A stretch of 64,000 bases of DNA from an uncultured virus (IMG/VR IMGVR_UViG_3300037466_001780) (IMGVR_UViG_3300037466_001780); one strand, 5' to 3'. Positions 27,962 through 36,948 are shown, counted from the first letter of the stretch. Translations and numbers: made by a program. The notes: generated by a model not told the origin, from the sequence alone.

Positions 27962-29878
27962 TTAGTAACCTTTTGCCATCGCTTGCATCGCTGTGGCCCC
28001 AGTCGTCCCGACCGGGCCGTTGCTCTTGGCCGCGTCCCGTTGCCGCCCGTTTTTGCGGTCGGCTTTTGCGTCTTGGTCAAGAAGTTGTTGGGCAGCTTCT
28101 TGAGCCGCCTGAAGTGCTTGCTCCTGTGACATCCCTTGCGCGATGTTTTGCCGGATGACGTCTGCGATTTGCACCATTTTCTGCGCGGAATCGAGAGCCT
28201 TCTGCGCTTCCATGCGCTGGCGATCGCTTGTCATGCGCTGAAGAATTTGGTCTTTTTGGTCAAAATCCTGCATCCGAAGCCATTCTTCCGGCGTGATAAT
28301 CGGCGGGTCGAATTGGAACTGCCCTTGCATATTCATTAAGTTGTCAGCCGCTTGCTTGCGAAGTGCCTGCGTTGTGGGGGCAACCGAGTACGTATCCGCT
28401 TTGCAAATCCAATCGAGATTGTCGATTGTCGTTTTGTCGAACGGCTCGTATTCCTCGTAAACGGGCTTGCCGTTCGCACCTTTGGTTACAATCGGTCGTT
28501 TGTCTTTCCACTTATAAAGGATATTTAATATGATTAAATTTGAAATTTGTTCAACGAAATCGTCAATCTGAATCATCTTGTCTTTGTCTCGGATGGTTGC
28601 CCGCTCGATAAGCGCATTAACCCCGGTCGATGTGGTCAAGGAGCCGACCGACTGCCCGGTATACGCTTCATTAATGCCGACAAATTCCTTCAGGTTTTGC
28701 GACATCCGATCCTGAAGATCGAACAATCCCTTCGGGATATCCGGAGGCTCGTTGTGGTGAATCGCTTTCGTCGGGTCACCGTTTGCCGTCCACACCTTGC
28801 CCGGCAACGTCCCTGTACGCGCCAAATCTTGCGCGTTGATGCCGGATTCCCGAGAAACGACCTTCTGCGGGTTTTGGTGCAGAACCCCGATAACTGAAGC
28901 AATCATGGCGGTTCGATTGATGATCTTCGAATTATCAATAATGCCCTCTGCCGTCGAAGTGCCGAGGAAGTCGTTTTCTTCTTCCTCGTCATACAGTACA
29001 GCGAATGGGTAAACGCTCGGCTGTTCGTCTTCCTCCACATACAAGAAGAAATCCATACCCGGAATGTAGTAATACTTATTCAGTTGCCAGCGGCCGTCGT
29101 CGTTTAGGAAACGCTCATAGTGAATATGAACCGTTACATTCTCGTCACCGAGAACATTTTGCCCTTGCTTGCCGGGGCCATTTTCACGGTCGAGGACTTG
29201 TCCGGTTTCGGTATCCGTTGCAGCTAAAACATCGTGGTTTAGTGCCTTAAACTTCTCTAAATTGCCGTTTTTCTCCACATATTGGCGGAATTTCTTATTA
29301 TTTTTAACTGTGGATAACGCCATGTTTTCCACGCAGACGGCATACTTGGCATCATACATATAAAATGCGTCCGGATCGAGGTAAAAACTTGTGATTGGAT
29401 ACCGTTTTACGCAGATTTTGCCTTGATACAGGGCGTTTTCAGGTGAATTTTCGCCTACATACGTACCTCCGACGTAGGTATCGTCAGTATAAACGACGGC
29501 TATCGAAATGCCGTGCAGAAGTGATCGGTCGATACAGCGGCGAATAACACGCGGAACCTTTTCGGTCGTCCAAACGTGCTCATAAGCCCGTTGTAATTTC
29601 TCCATTTTCTCCGCATATTTTTGTTCCCGCGCCGTGAAGTGCGCCATCGGGATAGCTGAAGCAAGATTGGCCCGTTTCAGTGTTCGGGTATAGCGCACAT
29701 CGTTGATAACAGGTGTCGGAATCCACGGCGGCAAGGATTCGTCTTTCCATATGTCGCCACGGTCGAACTTGTCGATCAGTTTAATCTTTTGGTGCTTGGT
29801 CGCAACGGCTTGTTCTGCCTTGTGAAATCGGGCCGTTAGGTCGGAAATTTTAAGTTTAATCTGTTCGGCTTCGTTCAC
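27962..29878 (-). CDS. portal protein (P22-like)
   Basis: 638 aa, FYLDPDA and VGINEAYTG motifs, Q-rich helical C-terminus; downstream of terminase. Confidence 0.85.
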   Translation of the reverse strand: MNEAEQIKLKISDLTARFHKAEQAVATKHQKIKLIDKFDRGDIWKDESLPPWIPTPVINDVRYTRTLKRANLASAIPMAHFTAREQKYAEKMEKLQRAYEHVWTTEKVPRVIRRCIDRSLLHGISIAVVYTDDTYVGGTYVGENSPENALYQGKICVKRYPITSFYLDPDAFYMYDAKYAVCVENMALSTVKNNKKFRQYVEKNGNLEKFKALNHDVLAATDTETGQVLDRENGPGKQGQNVLGDENVTVHIHYERFLNDDGRWQLNKYYYIPGMDFFLYVEEDEQPSVYPFAVLYDEEEENDFLGTSTAEGIIDNSKIINRTAMIASVIGVLHQNPQKVVSRESGINAQDLARTGTLPGKVWTANGDPTKAIHHNEPPDIPKGLFDLQDRMSQNLKEFVGINEAYTGQSVGSLTTSTGVNALIERATIRDKDKMIQIDDFVEQISNLIILNILYKWKDKRPIVTKGANGKPVYEEYEPFDKTTIDNLDWICKADTYSVAPTTQALRKQAADNLMNMQGQFQFDPPIITPEEWLRMQDFDQKDQILQRMTSDRQRMEAQKALDSAQKMVQIADVIRQNIAQGMSQEQALQAAQEAAQQLLDQDAKADRKNGRQRDAAKSNGPVGTTGATAMQAMAKGY

Positions 29879-30210
29879 GAAATCAGCCCTCCTTCATAGT
29901 CCGCTTCGCCTTCCAATTCTTCTTCATCGAGCAATTTTTCGGCTAAATTGGCCGCTTTTAGCCATTCTTGCGCCTCTTTCGGCAAATCCGGGCTTGCGCC
30001 TTGATGTTGCGGAACGTCGGCCTTGATGCGCTGAAGGATGATGGAGCGCACATCCCGAACAGCAAGCAATCCGACCGATGTTTCTGCAACAGGCAAGTGT
30101 AGTTCAAATGCCATTTTTAGTTGCGTATAATCGGATTTGGTAAAATTGTACGAAAGATAAGTGCCGTCGTTGTAGTACACCGTATATAATCGCGTTGCGG
30201 GTTTACCCAT
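29875..30210 (-). CDS. hypothetical protein
   Basis: probable start MGKPAT with AAGGAGG SD. Confidence 0.65.
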   Translation of the reverse strand: MGKPATRLYTVYYNDGTYLSYNFTKSDYTQLKMAFELHLPVAETSVGLLAVRDVRSIILQRIKADVPQHQGASPDLPKEAQEWLKAANLAEKLLDEEELEGEADYEGGLIS

Positions 30211-30229
30211 CTTATTCAATAAGCCTCCT

Positions 30230-31765
30230 TTATACGTAGGAGAGGTAAGAACCTTTGTAGTCTTCAAAATCTTCATCTTCGTATTCCAATTCTCGGACAT
30301 TATTGTATCTCTTTGGCGGTTCACTTGCAATATACAATAATTCGTCCGGGTTCTCCGGTAATCTCATAAACCCGTAGCGAATCGAGTCCATCGCGTGATC
30401 GTTTTTCTTGATGGGTTTTTCGTCCGGGTTTTTCTTGTCGTCGAGCGTTATTTCGGGGAATTTATAATTGATGCCCTCTTTGGCGATGTTGGGGCATTTG
30501 TCTTTGAACACTACCCACTTTTTGCGTTTGATGTAGGAATTAACACGTAGAATCCCGGCTTCAATGCTGTTATTCCCTTCGGTGAAATACAAACCGTAAT
30601 CTTGGTAGAGGGATTGAACAGATTTGCCGTTGATGGGGTCGGTCTTATTTTTGATGGAGGGATCGGCAACCATAAATCGTATCCGTCCTGCGGGGATAGC
30701 GTCTATTCGTGGCCGAATAGCCGCTGCGTGATCCGGCACAAGGGCTTCCGGCTTGTAGTATTCGTCATACGTAATCACGACTCCATTCTCGGGGTCTATC
30801 GCGTTCCAGTATACAGCCGTCGGGTTCCGCAAGCCGTGGTCGAGGGTAATAAACCGTTCCCATGATTTTGGGATTTCACTAATTCCACGTAAGCGGAAAT
30901 AGTCAGACTCGGTAGTCAGAACTGAAGAAAACTCCGGATAGACCATACCTTCCGAGTGGTCGAATGATCCCAATAGGTATCGTTTTATCCACCATTCCGG
31001 CTTTGATTTGCTGTTCATTTCAATGAAATCATCCGGCAGATACCTGTTTAATTCCGTCGGCCAAATGAAAGTAGTAATAAAGCGGTTATAAAGATCATGT
31101 TCAGGATGGTTAGCGTCAGCCCGAGCGATATTATCCGCAAATACTTCTTTGATCCAGCCAATGTCTGGGTTGGAACAAACGGCAAACAGTCGGTTTTTGA
31201 CAAACGGGTCGCGCATCCGAGTAAGAAGTTGGTCATAAATAGAACGATCGATGCCCGAGGCTTCTTCCATGTGGATAATTCCGGCGTTAATAGATCGCAA
31301 TTTTTCTTCGTCATCTGAAGGAATCGTATAAAAAATGAATCCATTTTCAAGTTCGATCTCACCGTCCGCTTTGTTATATCGTTTGATTAGGGAAGGTGGG
31401 CAAACTTCGTTGAAGAACGTTTTGAGCGTGGTTCGCTTCAACTGTTGTAAAGTCGGCGCGGTGAGAAGCCCGGTTCCTTTTGGATTTTCAAGAGCGCGAA
31501 GTAAAACTTCTGTCAGGGAAGTCCGGGATTTACCGGAGCCGAACCCGCCGAAATAACCAATGATTTGAACCTGTAATTCCCACGCATTTTTCCGTTTGTT
31601 GTACCGCTCTACGAGCGGCACGCTATGCGACGGCATTTGATAGTCCTGCGGAACGTACGTAAGTTCGATTGCATTGCAGAAAGGGCATACGACATAAGCC
31701 GGATGCCCGTTTTCAGGTACAATCACATCCCCGCCGAAGCAAGATTGGCATAAGCCTGTTGTCAT
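30230..31765 (-). CDS. terL: terminase large subunit with N-terminal zinc ribbon
   Basis: Walker A GGFGSGKS, Walker B IHMEEAS, CSNP, LDHG and DHAMDSIRY; start MTTGLC overlaps the upstream stop. Confidence 0.92.
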   Translation of the reverse strand: MTTGLCQSCFGGDVIVPENGHPAYVVCPFCNAIELTYVPQDYQMPSHSVPLVERYNKRKNAWELQVQIIGYFGGFGSGKSRTSLTEVLLRALENPKGTGLLTAPTLQQLKRTTLKTFFNEVCPPSLIKRYNKADGEIELENGFIFYTIPSDDEEKLRSINAGIIHMEEASGIDRSIYDQLLTRMRDPFVKNRLFAVCSNPDIGWIKEVFADNIARADANHPEHDLYNRFITTFIWPTELNRYLPDDFIEMNSKSKPEWWIKRYLLGSFDHSEGMVYPEFSSVLTTESDYFRLRGISEIPKSWERFITLDHGLRNPTAVYWNAIDPENGVVITYDEYYKPEALVPDHAAAIRPRIDAIPAGRIRFMVADPSIKNKTDPINGKSVQSLYQDYGLYFTEGNNSIEAGILRVNSYIKRKKWVVFKDKCPNIAKEGINYKFPEITLDDKKNPDEKPIKKNDHAMDSIRYGFMRLPENPDELLYIASEPPKRYNNVRELEYEDEDFEDYKGSYLSYV

Positions 31766-31938
31766 AGAATACGGCCTCCCACAAGATACAGATACCCGTC
31801 TGCACCCCGGATAAGCAAAGGACGGCGGCAATCGACGCATTCGTATACAGATTCGTTGTCGTTAACTTTGGAATCTTCCGCTAAATGACGCCCGCATTCG
31901 CAGCTTACGTAAACCCATGCGCCGACCTTTGATTCCAT
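31762..31938 (-). CDS. small zinc-ribbon protein (58 aa, not in ORF track)
   Basis: GGGGGTG SD; MESKVGAWVYVSCECG...YECVDCRRP; ATGA coupling with terL. Confidence 0.7.
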   Translation of the reverse strand: MESKVGAWVYVSCECGRHLAEDSKVNDNESVYECVDCRRPLLIRGADGYLYLVGGRIL

Positions 31939-31976
31939 CGGGACACCCCCGGACTTGCTATGTTAACTAAGATGTT

Positions 31977-32582
31977 TTAGCTACTCGCTTCACCTTTCGG
32001 CTCCGGCTTAGAACGCAAAGCCTCCGTCTTAGCGTTGGACTCTTGGACTTGAAGGTTTGCTTTAATGCCTGCGGTTGCTGCTTCCTGTTCCGCCCTTCTC
32101 TCGTTTAAAGAAAGGGTTTGTTGATGGGCTTGTTCTTTGTGCTGGGCGTCTTGGTCGGCTTGGGATTTTTTGGTGTGCATGTCCAACATCGCTTTCGCCT
32201 TTTCCAATTCGAACTTCTGCGCCTCGATGTCCATTTCTTGTTCCATCTTGATGTGTTCCATTTGAAGTTTTTGCTGTTCGAGGGCGAGTTGATCCTGCGG
32301 GCTAATCCCTTGCTGCTCCGCACCAAGTGATTTGTAAGCCGCCGCGAGTGTGTTGACAGCGTTTGCCATAATATCGACGTTAAGTTCTGTCGTCCGACTT
32401 AACGTATTTAGTATGGATTGCAAAATCGCTTCCTGCACTTGTGAGGCAAGCCCCTGTGCAGAAGCACCCGCCGTTTCTTGCGGCGTTGCAGCCTGCGCTT
32501 CCCCCGGAAAAGCGAACGAAAGTTGCCCCGAGCCGCCTTGCGGTTGCACGATGCCCGGAAGGGCGTTTTCTGGAATCGACAT
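31977..32582 (-). CDS. Q/E-rich coiled-coil protein
   Basis: AAGGTGG SD; resembles portal C-terminal helical extensions. Confidence 0.65.
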   Translation of the reverse strand: MSIPENALPGIVQPQGGSGQLSFAFPGEAQAATPQETAGASAQGLASQVQEAILQSILNTLSRTTELNVDIMANAVNTLAAAYKSLGAEQQGISPQDQLALEQQKLQMEHIKMEQEMDIEAQKFELEKAKAMLDMHTKKSQADQDAQHKEQAHQQTLSLNERRAEQEAATAGIKANLQVQESNAKTEALRSKPEPKGEASS

Positions 32583-32623
32583 TTGTATTCCACCTTTTTC
32601 TTTTCATTGTATACGAATCTCCT

Positions 32624-32827
32624 TTAAAATTCCAGAGTTCGCCCTTCGCCTGAAAGATACCACGCCTCTTTTTGCTTGGCAGTCATCTTGTCCCATTGAC
32701 ACATGCTTTTTGCAAATCCATGACCACGCCGTAGGATACCGAATGTTACCGAGATTTTATTGTAACCTCGCATAAAGGAGTAACTTTCCTTTGTAAACCA
32801 TAGCCAATGCTTAATGTAATTTTTCAT
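32624..32827 (-). CDS. hypothetical protein
   Basis: translationally coupled ORF. Confidence 0.55.
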   Translation of the reverse strand: MKNYIKHWLWFTKESYSFMRGYNKISVTFGILRRGHGFAKSMCQWDKMTAKQKEAWYLSGEGRTLEF

Positions 32828-33243
32828 TCGCTCTGTCTCACCACCTGTGGCCGGGAGATTTGGTGCATTACAATCACCTTGTTACGATCCCCGGTATTCA
32901 GGACACCGGAAATTTCGTTTACCTGTTTGATCGCGTGCGTGTCGCCTTGAAGTCCTTCCGTCACTAACGTTTGGAAGGCCTTCCGGCTCGCAATTTGCGC
33001 GTTAAACGCCATCTGCGCGTTAATGTATTGCCGAACGGGTTCCATGTTTAGAAATTCGTACCACATTTGTTTGTTGCCGACTCGCAGCTTCGCTGTGAGT
33101 TCGCTAGGATTCAAGTGCAAAGCGAAGTCGTTTTCGTAAAAGGCGTCCGCCAGCCGAGCGAATACTTCTCGCTTTTCAGCCGGAAAAGACTGAAAGGAGG
33201 GGTTAATCTTTAACATTTCGAGTAGTTTGTTTATTTCTTCCAT
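32824..33243 (-). CDS. putative terminase small subunit
   Basis: helical 139 aa protein upstream of terL with GDTHAIK motif. Confidence 0.5.
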   Translation of the reverse strand: MEEINKLLEMLKINPSFQSFPAEKREVFARLADAFYENDFALHLNPSELTAKLRVGNKQMWYEFLNMEPVRQYINAQMAFNAQIASRKAFQTLVTEGLQGDTHAIKQVNEISGVLNTGDRNKVIVMHQISRPQVVRQSE

Positions 33244-33529
33244 TAATCATAACCTCCATGTCGAAGAAAAACGGCCGTTTGGTTTCGCTTTTGGTTCGGC
33301 GGCGCATTGCATTTTTGACGAAGTTGATTCGAAACATTTTGCAATCCTTCTTCCACCGTTCGACCGGGATAAAAGCCTCTTGAACGTATTTACCGCCATA
33401 CTCGTTATAGTAATCATAAACGAGCAGATATCCCGGTTCGCCTTCTTTAACGTACTCGACGGCGTAAAAATACCCCGTTTTGAATGTAGACGCCTTGGTA
33501 CTGGATGCGTTTGAGTTCTTCGCGGACAT
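33203..33529 (-). CDS. hypothetical protein
   Basis: probable start MSAKNS with GGGAGG SD. Confidence 0.55.
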   Translation of the reverse strand: MSAKNSNASSTKASTFKTGYFYAVEYVKEGEPGYLLVYDYYNEYGGKYVQEAFIPVERWKKDCKMFRINFVKNAMRRRTKSETKRPFFFDMEVMINGRNKQTTRNVKD

Positions 33530-33746
33530 CGCCCTCGACCTCCCTTGCGAAGCCGTTTTCGTCGAATAGCACATCTTCTGATGTGCTATACAAACCCGAA
33601 AGGAGGCTCCGAATCGCTGGATCAGCGATTCGAAGTTTCCCATTCTCGTATTCGCAAGCCGTCTGCGGGCTTCGGCGGATTAACTTTGCGATTTCTCGCT
33701 GCGTATACTTTTTCTCGACGCGAAGAATCTGAAGAATTGTTGTCAC
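33447..33746 (-). CDS. XRE-family HTH regulator
   Basis: LRVEKKYTQREIAKLIRRSPQTACEYENG. Confidence 0.8.
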   Translation of the reverse strand: MTTILQILRVEKKYTQREIAKLIRRSPQTACEYENGKLRIADPAIRSLLSGLYSTSEDVLFDENGFAREVEGDVREELKRIQYQGVYIQNGVFLRRRVR

Positions 33747-34030
33747 GCTGTCACTTCCTCATACATCGCGTTAAACCGGGCAGGCTCGTACACCTGTTGT
33801 TCTCCGGTTGGTAGGGTGACTATATAGTCACCCGAGAAAACTGGAATAGGGTTGCCGCCCTTGCCGATAACGACGTAAACGTTTTCGCTGTTTACGATTT
33901 TCGAAATCGGGGAGCCGGGGAAAGCGGCTCCGGCGTAGGTTTTCGCGGTGACGACCCCTCCAACTTCCCGCATTTCAGGAAACCACTGAAATGCGAGAAT
34001 GTCGGGCGTCTTTTTACGATAGGCTTTCAT
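33743..34030 (-). CDS. conserved phage protein (YRKK...GDYIV family)
   Basis: MKAYRKK...AFQW...GDYIV...FNAMYE. Confidence 0.65.
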   Translation of the reverse strand: MKAYRKKTPDILAFQWFPEMREVGGVVTAKTYAGAAFPGSPISKIVNSENVYVVIGKGGNPIPVFSGDYIVTLPTGEQQVYEPARFNAMYEEVTA

Positions 34031-34251
34031 TCTTCCACCGCCTCCTTCATAAACACTGCCACGGTACATTTCAGACCGTGTTCTTTTTCGAACAATTTTT
34101 CTAATCTGTTTTCTATCGTCATAATTGAAAGCTGCTTTTCTTTGTCGGTGAGCGTTGCCCACATGTTGATAAAATTGGATATTTCCTGCCAGTTATCTCC
34201 GTTCCACTGAACAGCTTCGATTGTTACGGGCTTCTTTCTAAATTTCGGCAT
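34027..34251 (-). CDS. FRKKPV-family protein, possibly truncated
   Basis: KFRKKPVTIEAVQWNGDN present, C-terminal GD-II/YPCKPDIF part absent. Confidence 0.6.
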   Translation of the reverse strand: MPKFRKKPVTIEAVQWNGDNWQEISNFINMWATLTDKEKQLSIMTIENRLEKLFEKEHGLKCTVAVFMKEAVEE

Positions 34252-34468
34252 CTTTCTTCACCTTCCTATGGGCGATTTCGGAAATGCGCTGGTAATCTGT
34301 CCAATTCCAGTCGCGCCCGAGTTCTTGGCGCGTCCGGAATGTCGTGGATGTGGAACTGAAGGATACGAGGTCAACGATCCCGGCTGCGGGATCGTGTACG
34401 GCGGTGATTATGGCGGCATGGTTGTTTTTTGTCAAAACAATCCGGCCGACTGAAGGAGTTGGGTTCAT
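34238..34468 (-). CDS. conserved phage protein
   Basis: PTPSVGRIV...AAIITAVH motif; ATGA coupling. Confidence 0.65.
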   Translation of the reverse strand: MNPTPSVGRIVLTKNNHAAIITAVHDPAAGIVDLVSFSSTSTTFRTRQELGRDWNWTDYQRISEIAHRKVKKDAEI

Positions 34469-34719
34469 TGGCCGATGGACTTCTGCAAGGCGTAGCCTTC
34501 CAGTTCCCACAACCTGTTTTTGATGCGCTTGGCGCAAATTTCATAACCGATGGCAACTGAAAAGTTCGCCGGGTCTACGCAGCTTGCGGACTCTACGATA
34601 ATAAAGCCGTTGGGTAAGCGGCACTTCATAACAAACGTTTTGTTGAGCCACGTGTCGGTTTCGACGATTGATTGACTGAAAAGGGTGTCGATTTGCTCGT
34701 GGGTTACCGTGTTTTTCAT
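34465..34719 (-). CDS. N4 Gp49 / Sf6 gp66 family protein
   Basis: LPNGFIIVESASCVDPANF...IWxLEGY-like motif. Confidence 0.85.
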   Translation of the reverse strand: MKNTVTHEQIDTLFSQSIVETDTWLNKTFVMKCRLPNGFIIVESASCVDPANFSVAIGYEICAKRIKNRLWELEGYALQKSIGQ

Positions 34720-34772
34720 TTTGGGAAATCCCCTTCTAATTTAAATTATAACGCTTGTCCTGTTACATAACA

Positions 34773-34801
34773 TATTACATCATGGATGATAGGTTGTCTA
34801 T
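34773..34801 (-). promoter_or_regulatory. sigA-like promoter of the packaging/late operon
   Basis: TAGACA-17-TAATAT on minus. Confidence 0.5.
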
Positions 34802-35120
34802 AAAAATTTGGAATTTTATTTATTTGCTTTGCAAAGGAGGTATTTTGGGGCTGCCCCTGTATTTGTATACGTGGGAATTTTTAAATGTGAATTGAGATGG
34901 GATTTGCATTCCCATCTGCCTGCGTGCGTGTACGCGCGCGCGTGGGACTCCGTTTGCAGCCACCCCTCATCAAATCATACCCTACCACCCTATCCTACCC
35001 CGCCTGCCAGCTTGGAGGCGACCGAACAAAAATCAAATTAATTTCCGTCGAATCGGAATATTCATACCCCGAACCGTGTATACTGGTATCAAGTCAGCAC
35101 CGAGCATACAAAATTGGCTG

Positions 35121-35150
35121 TTGACAGAGCATACAGGTTCATGATAAGAT
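35121..35150 (+). promoter_or_regulatory. early sigA promoter
   Basis: TTGACA-18-TAAGAT with extended TG. Confidence 0.7.
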
Positions 35151-35154
35151 GAAG

Positions 35155-35240
35155 TCAGTTAGGGAACGGTGGCAATGAGTCAGGGGTCGACGAGCCTGAC
35201 CACGCAGGGCGGAACCGACCGCCGGAAACCTCCTAATTGA
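35155..35240 (+). ncRNA. candidate structured RNA / leader
   Basis: nested stems tcagttaggg/tcctaattga, cggtgg/ccgccg and gtcagg/cctgac starting at the predicted +1. Confidence 0.45.
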
Positions 35241-35270
35241 AAAAAGTCGACAAAAATCTGAGGTGATGTA

Positions 35271-35453
35271 ATGACTAAGCAAGAATATGGTAAAAGACGT
35301 GTTAGGTTGTTCAAACAATGGCAAAAAGCTGACGCAGACGACGCTTCCGCTTTACACCATGCTATGGAACAACTAGCTAACGATTTCGAAAAAGAATACG
35401 GCTATCGACCTATCGGGTCGGAATGGGAAGAACTGGCAAAAATGGAAGCATGA
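35271..35453 (+). CDS. early hypothetical protein
   Basis: GAGGTG SD, 60 aa. Confidence 0.7.
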   Translation: MTKQEYGKRRVRLFKQWQKADADDASALHHAMEQLANDFEKEYGYRPIGSEWEELAKMEA

Positions 35454-35565
35454 CACAAACCGCGAGGTTGCGCGTGAACCGTCACGGACGGCACGGCGGG
35501 TTGGCGGGAGTCGATAAGCCTTCCATGTAATACAAAGTTTTACGGAAACGCCGAATACAAAGTGC

Positions 35566-35594
35566 TTGACATGACATGTAACACGTGTTATGAT
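35566..35594 (+). promoter_or_regulatory. early sigA promoter with CATGACATGT operator
   Basis: TTGACA-17-TATGAT. Confidence 0.8.
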
Positions 35595-35600
35595 GTAATT

Positions 35601-35803
35601 GTCAGACAGGGACGCGGTTCCAGCGTGAGAGGCCGCATTGTCGTAAGGATTTGTCTCTAGTCGCTCTAATGGCTGATGGAGGTTACAGCCGTATCAATCC
35701 TCCAGCTAGTTTCCCTTGGCCCGTAATGGGTACTGAAGGCTTAACTCCTGCATAGGGGTTGCGAGTGGGGAAATGTAGCGATGCCGCGTTAAGACTGGCG
35801 GCA
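35601..35803 (+). ncRNA. candidate ~200-nt multi-stem structured RNA
   Basis: no SD-led ORF; at least seven compatible stems plus a possible pseudoknot. Confidence 0.5.
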
Positions 35804-35858
35804 ACCGTTTATCGGTTAAAGTGGGCGAACAATCCAAATTAAAAGGAGATTGATAAAT

Positions 35859-36032
35859 ATGTACGTATGCCAACTTTCGAAAGAAAAGCAAGACGCACTT
35901 TATGTAGATGTTGTTTTCTCGGTAATCGACTTGGGTCTGCCGGCTGTTGAACAAGTCGAAGCCATTCAAAACGCCATGAACAGCAAGCTGTCCGACCTGT
36001 CTGACCTCATCGACATTCGCAAATACCAGTAA
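35859..36032 (+). CDS. early hypothetical protein enclosed by an inverted repeat
   Basis: AAGGAG SD, ATG at 35859. Confidence 0.7.
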   Translation: MYVCQLSKEKQDALYVDVVFSVIDLGLPAVEQVEAIQNAMNSKLSDLSDLIDIRKYQ

Positions 36033-36109
36033 TTTGTCGAAATGCAGCAATTCGCCCACTTTAACGGCCAAACGGTCGAATAAACCCCAATGGGAGGCGT
36101 TTATACGCT

Positions 36110-36316
36110 ATGAAAAAATTTATCGCAGGCTGGGCTTTGTCGAATCATGGAGGCGTCGGTGTTATTGAAATTGACAACTCCGGCGACGGCATGTTGGTTC
36201 AATATTACGACCACGATCCGGAATGGGTTGAAATTCAATATGATGACGACGGCGAACCCTTTGTAAAAGTCGGCCAGCTTGAATTGCCGCTTAACGAATG
36301 TATGCGGTACGCTTGA
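36110..36316 (+). CDS. early acidic hypothetical protein
   Basis: GGGAGG SD. Confidence 0.7.
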   Translation: MKKFIAGWALSNHGGVGVIEIDNSGDGMLVQYYDHDPEWVEIQYDDDGEPFVKVGQLELPLNECMRYA

Positions 36317-36395
36317 AGCCGGGCGGGCGGCCTGTCTACCGACGGGCCTCTCTCCGGGCCTTACAAGCCCCAATAAAATTTGGGAGGTTGTCTAA

Positions 36396-36647
36396 ATGAC
36401 GACTATTGAACTGGCAAGAGCATTCGTAAACGGTGCAACAAAAGGCAAAGCGGCTTCTTTGTCCATCGAAGGCGACAGGCTGTTCAGCTATGACACGATT
36501 ATCGCACAGCGGACGCCGAATCTGACGTACCTGAACGTCACCAAGTATAGTGTGACGACGAGCAAGCACCAAACCCGCCTAAAACGGCTTCTGCCGGGCG
36601 CACAACACGTCGAAGGTATTCCTATGGGCCGCAGGCATATTGTGTAA
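36396..36647 (+). CDS. early hypothetical protein (SYxTxIA...YSxTTSKH family)
   Basis: GGGAGG SD; LFSYDTIIA and KYSVTTSKHQ motifs. Confidence 0.75.
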   Translation: MTTIELARAFVNGATKGKAASLSIEGDRLFSYDTIIAQRTPNLTYLNVTKYSVTTSKHQTRLKRLLPGAQHVEGIPMGRRHIV

Positions 36648-36736
36648 CTGACGCCAGCCGTAAGCCGCTGAGAGCCTATCTCGGCGGTTTACACGGACGC
36701 CAGTCCGACAATACCCCAATGGGAGGCTGAAAAGCT

Positions 36737-36943
36737 ATGCAAAAGAAAATGGGCTTGTTCAAAATGTACGGATGGAAACGCACGGATTTCGGGTTCGAAA
36801 TTCTATTGCCGCTGAAGAACGGCTTGTTTGTCGGTGAAAATATCAGCATGGCCGACGTGGAGCGCATGTCCGAAATTCAGCTTCAACGGGAAATCGAACG
36901 GAAAACCGCGCTTTGTAAGCATAATCAGCGGGTAGGAGGCTGA
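36737..36943 (+). CDS. early hypothetical protein
   Basis: GGGAGG SD. Confidence 0.7.
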   Translation: MQKKMGLFKMYGWKRTDFGFEILLPLKNGLFVGENISMADVERMSEIQLQREIERKTALCKHNQRVGG

Positions 36944-36948
36944 AAAGC

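Noticed and set aside
35710..35773. Hammerhead ribozyme in the three-way junction containing CTGAAG
   Set aside because: Core deviates from CUGANGA and GAAA (reads CTGAAGG and GAGT), and no proper NUH site
36345..36390. Twister ribozyme suggested by ttacaagccc
   Set aside because: Other twister elements are absent; the segment is better explained as the 3' arm of a hairpin with gcttgaagcc
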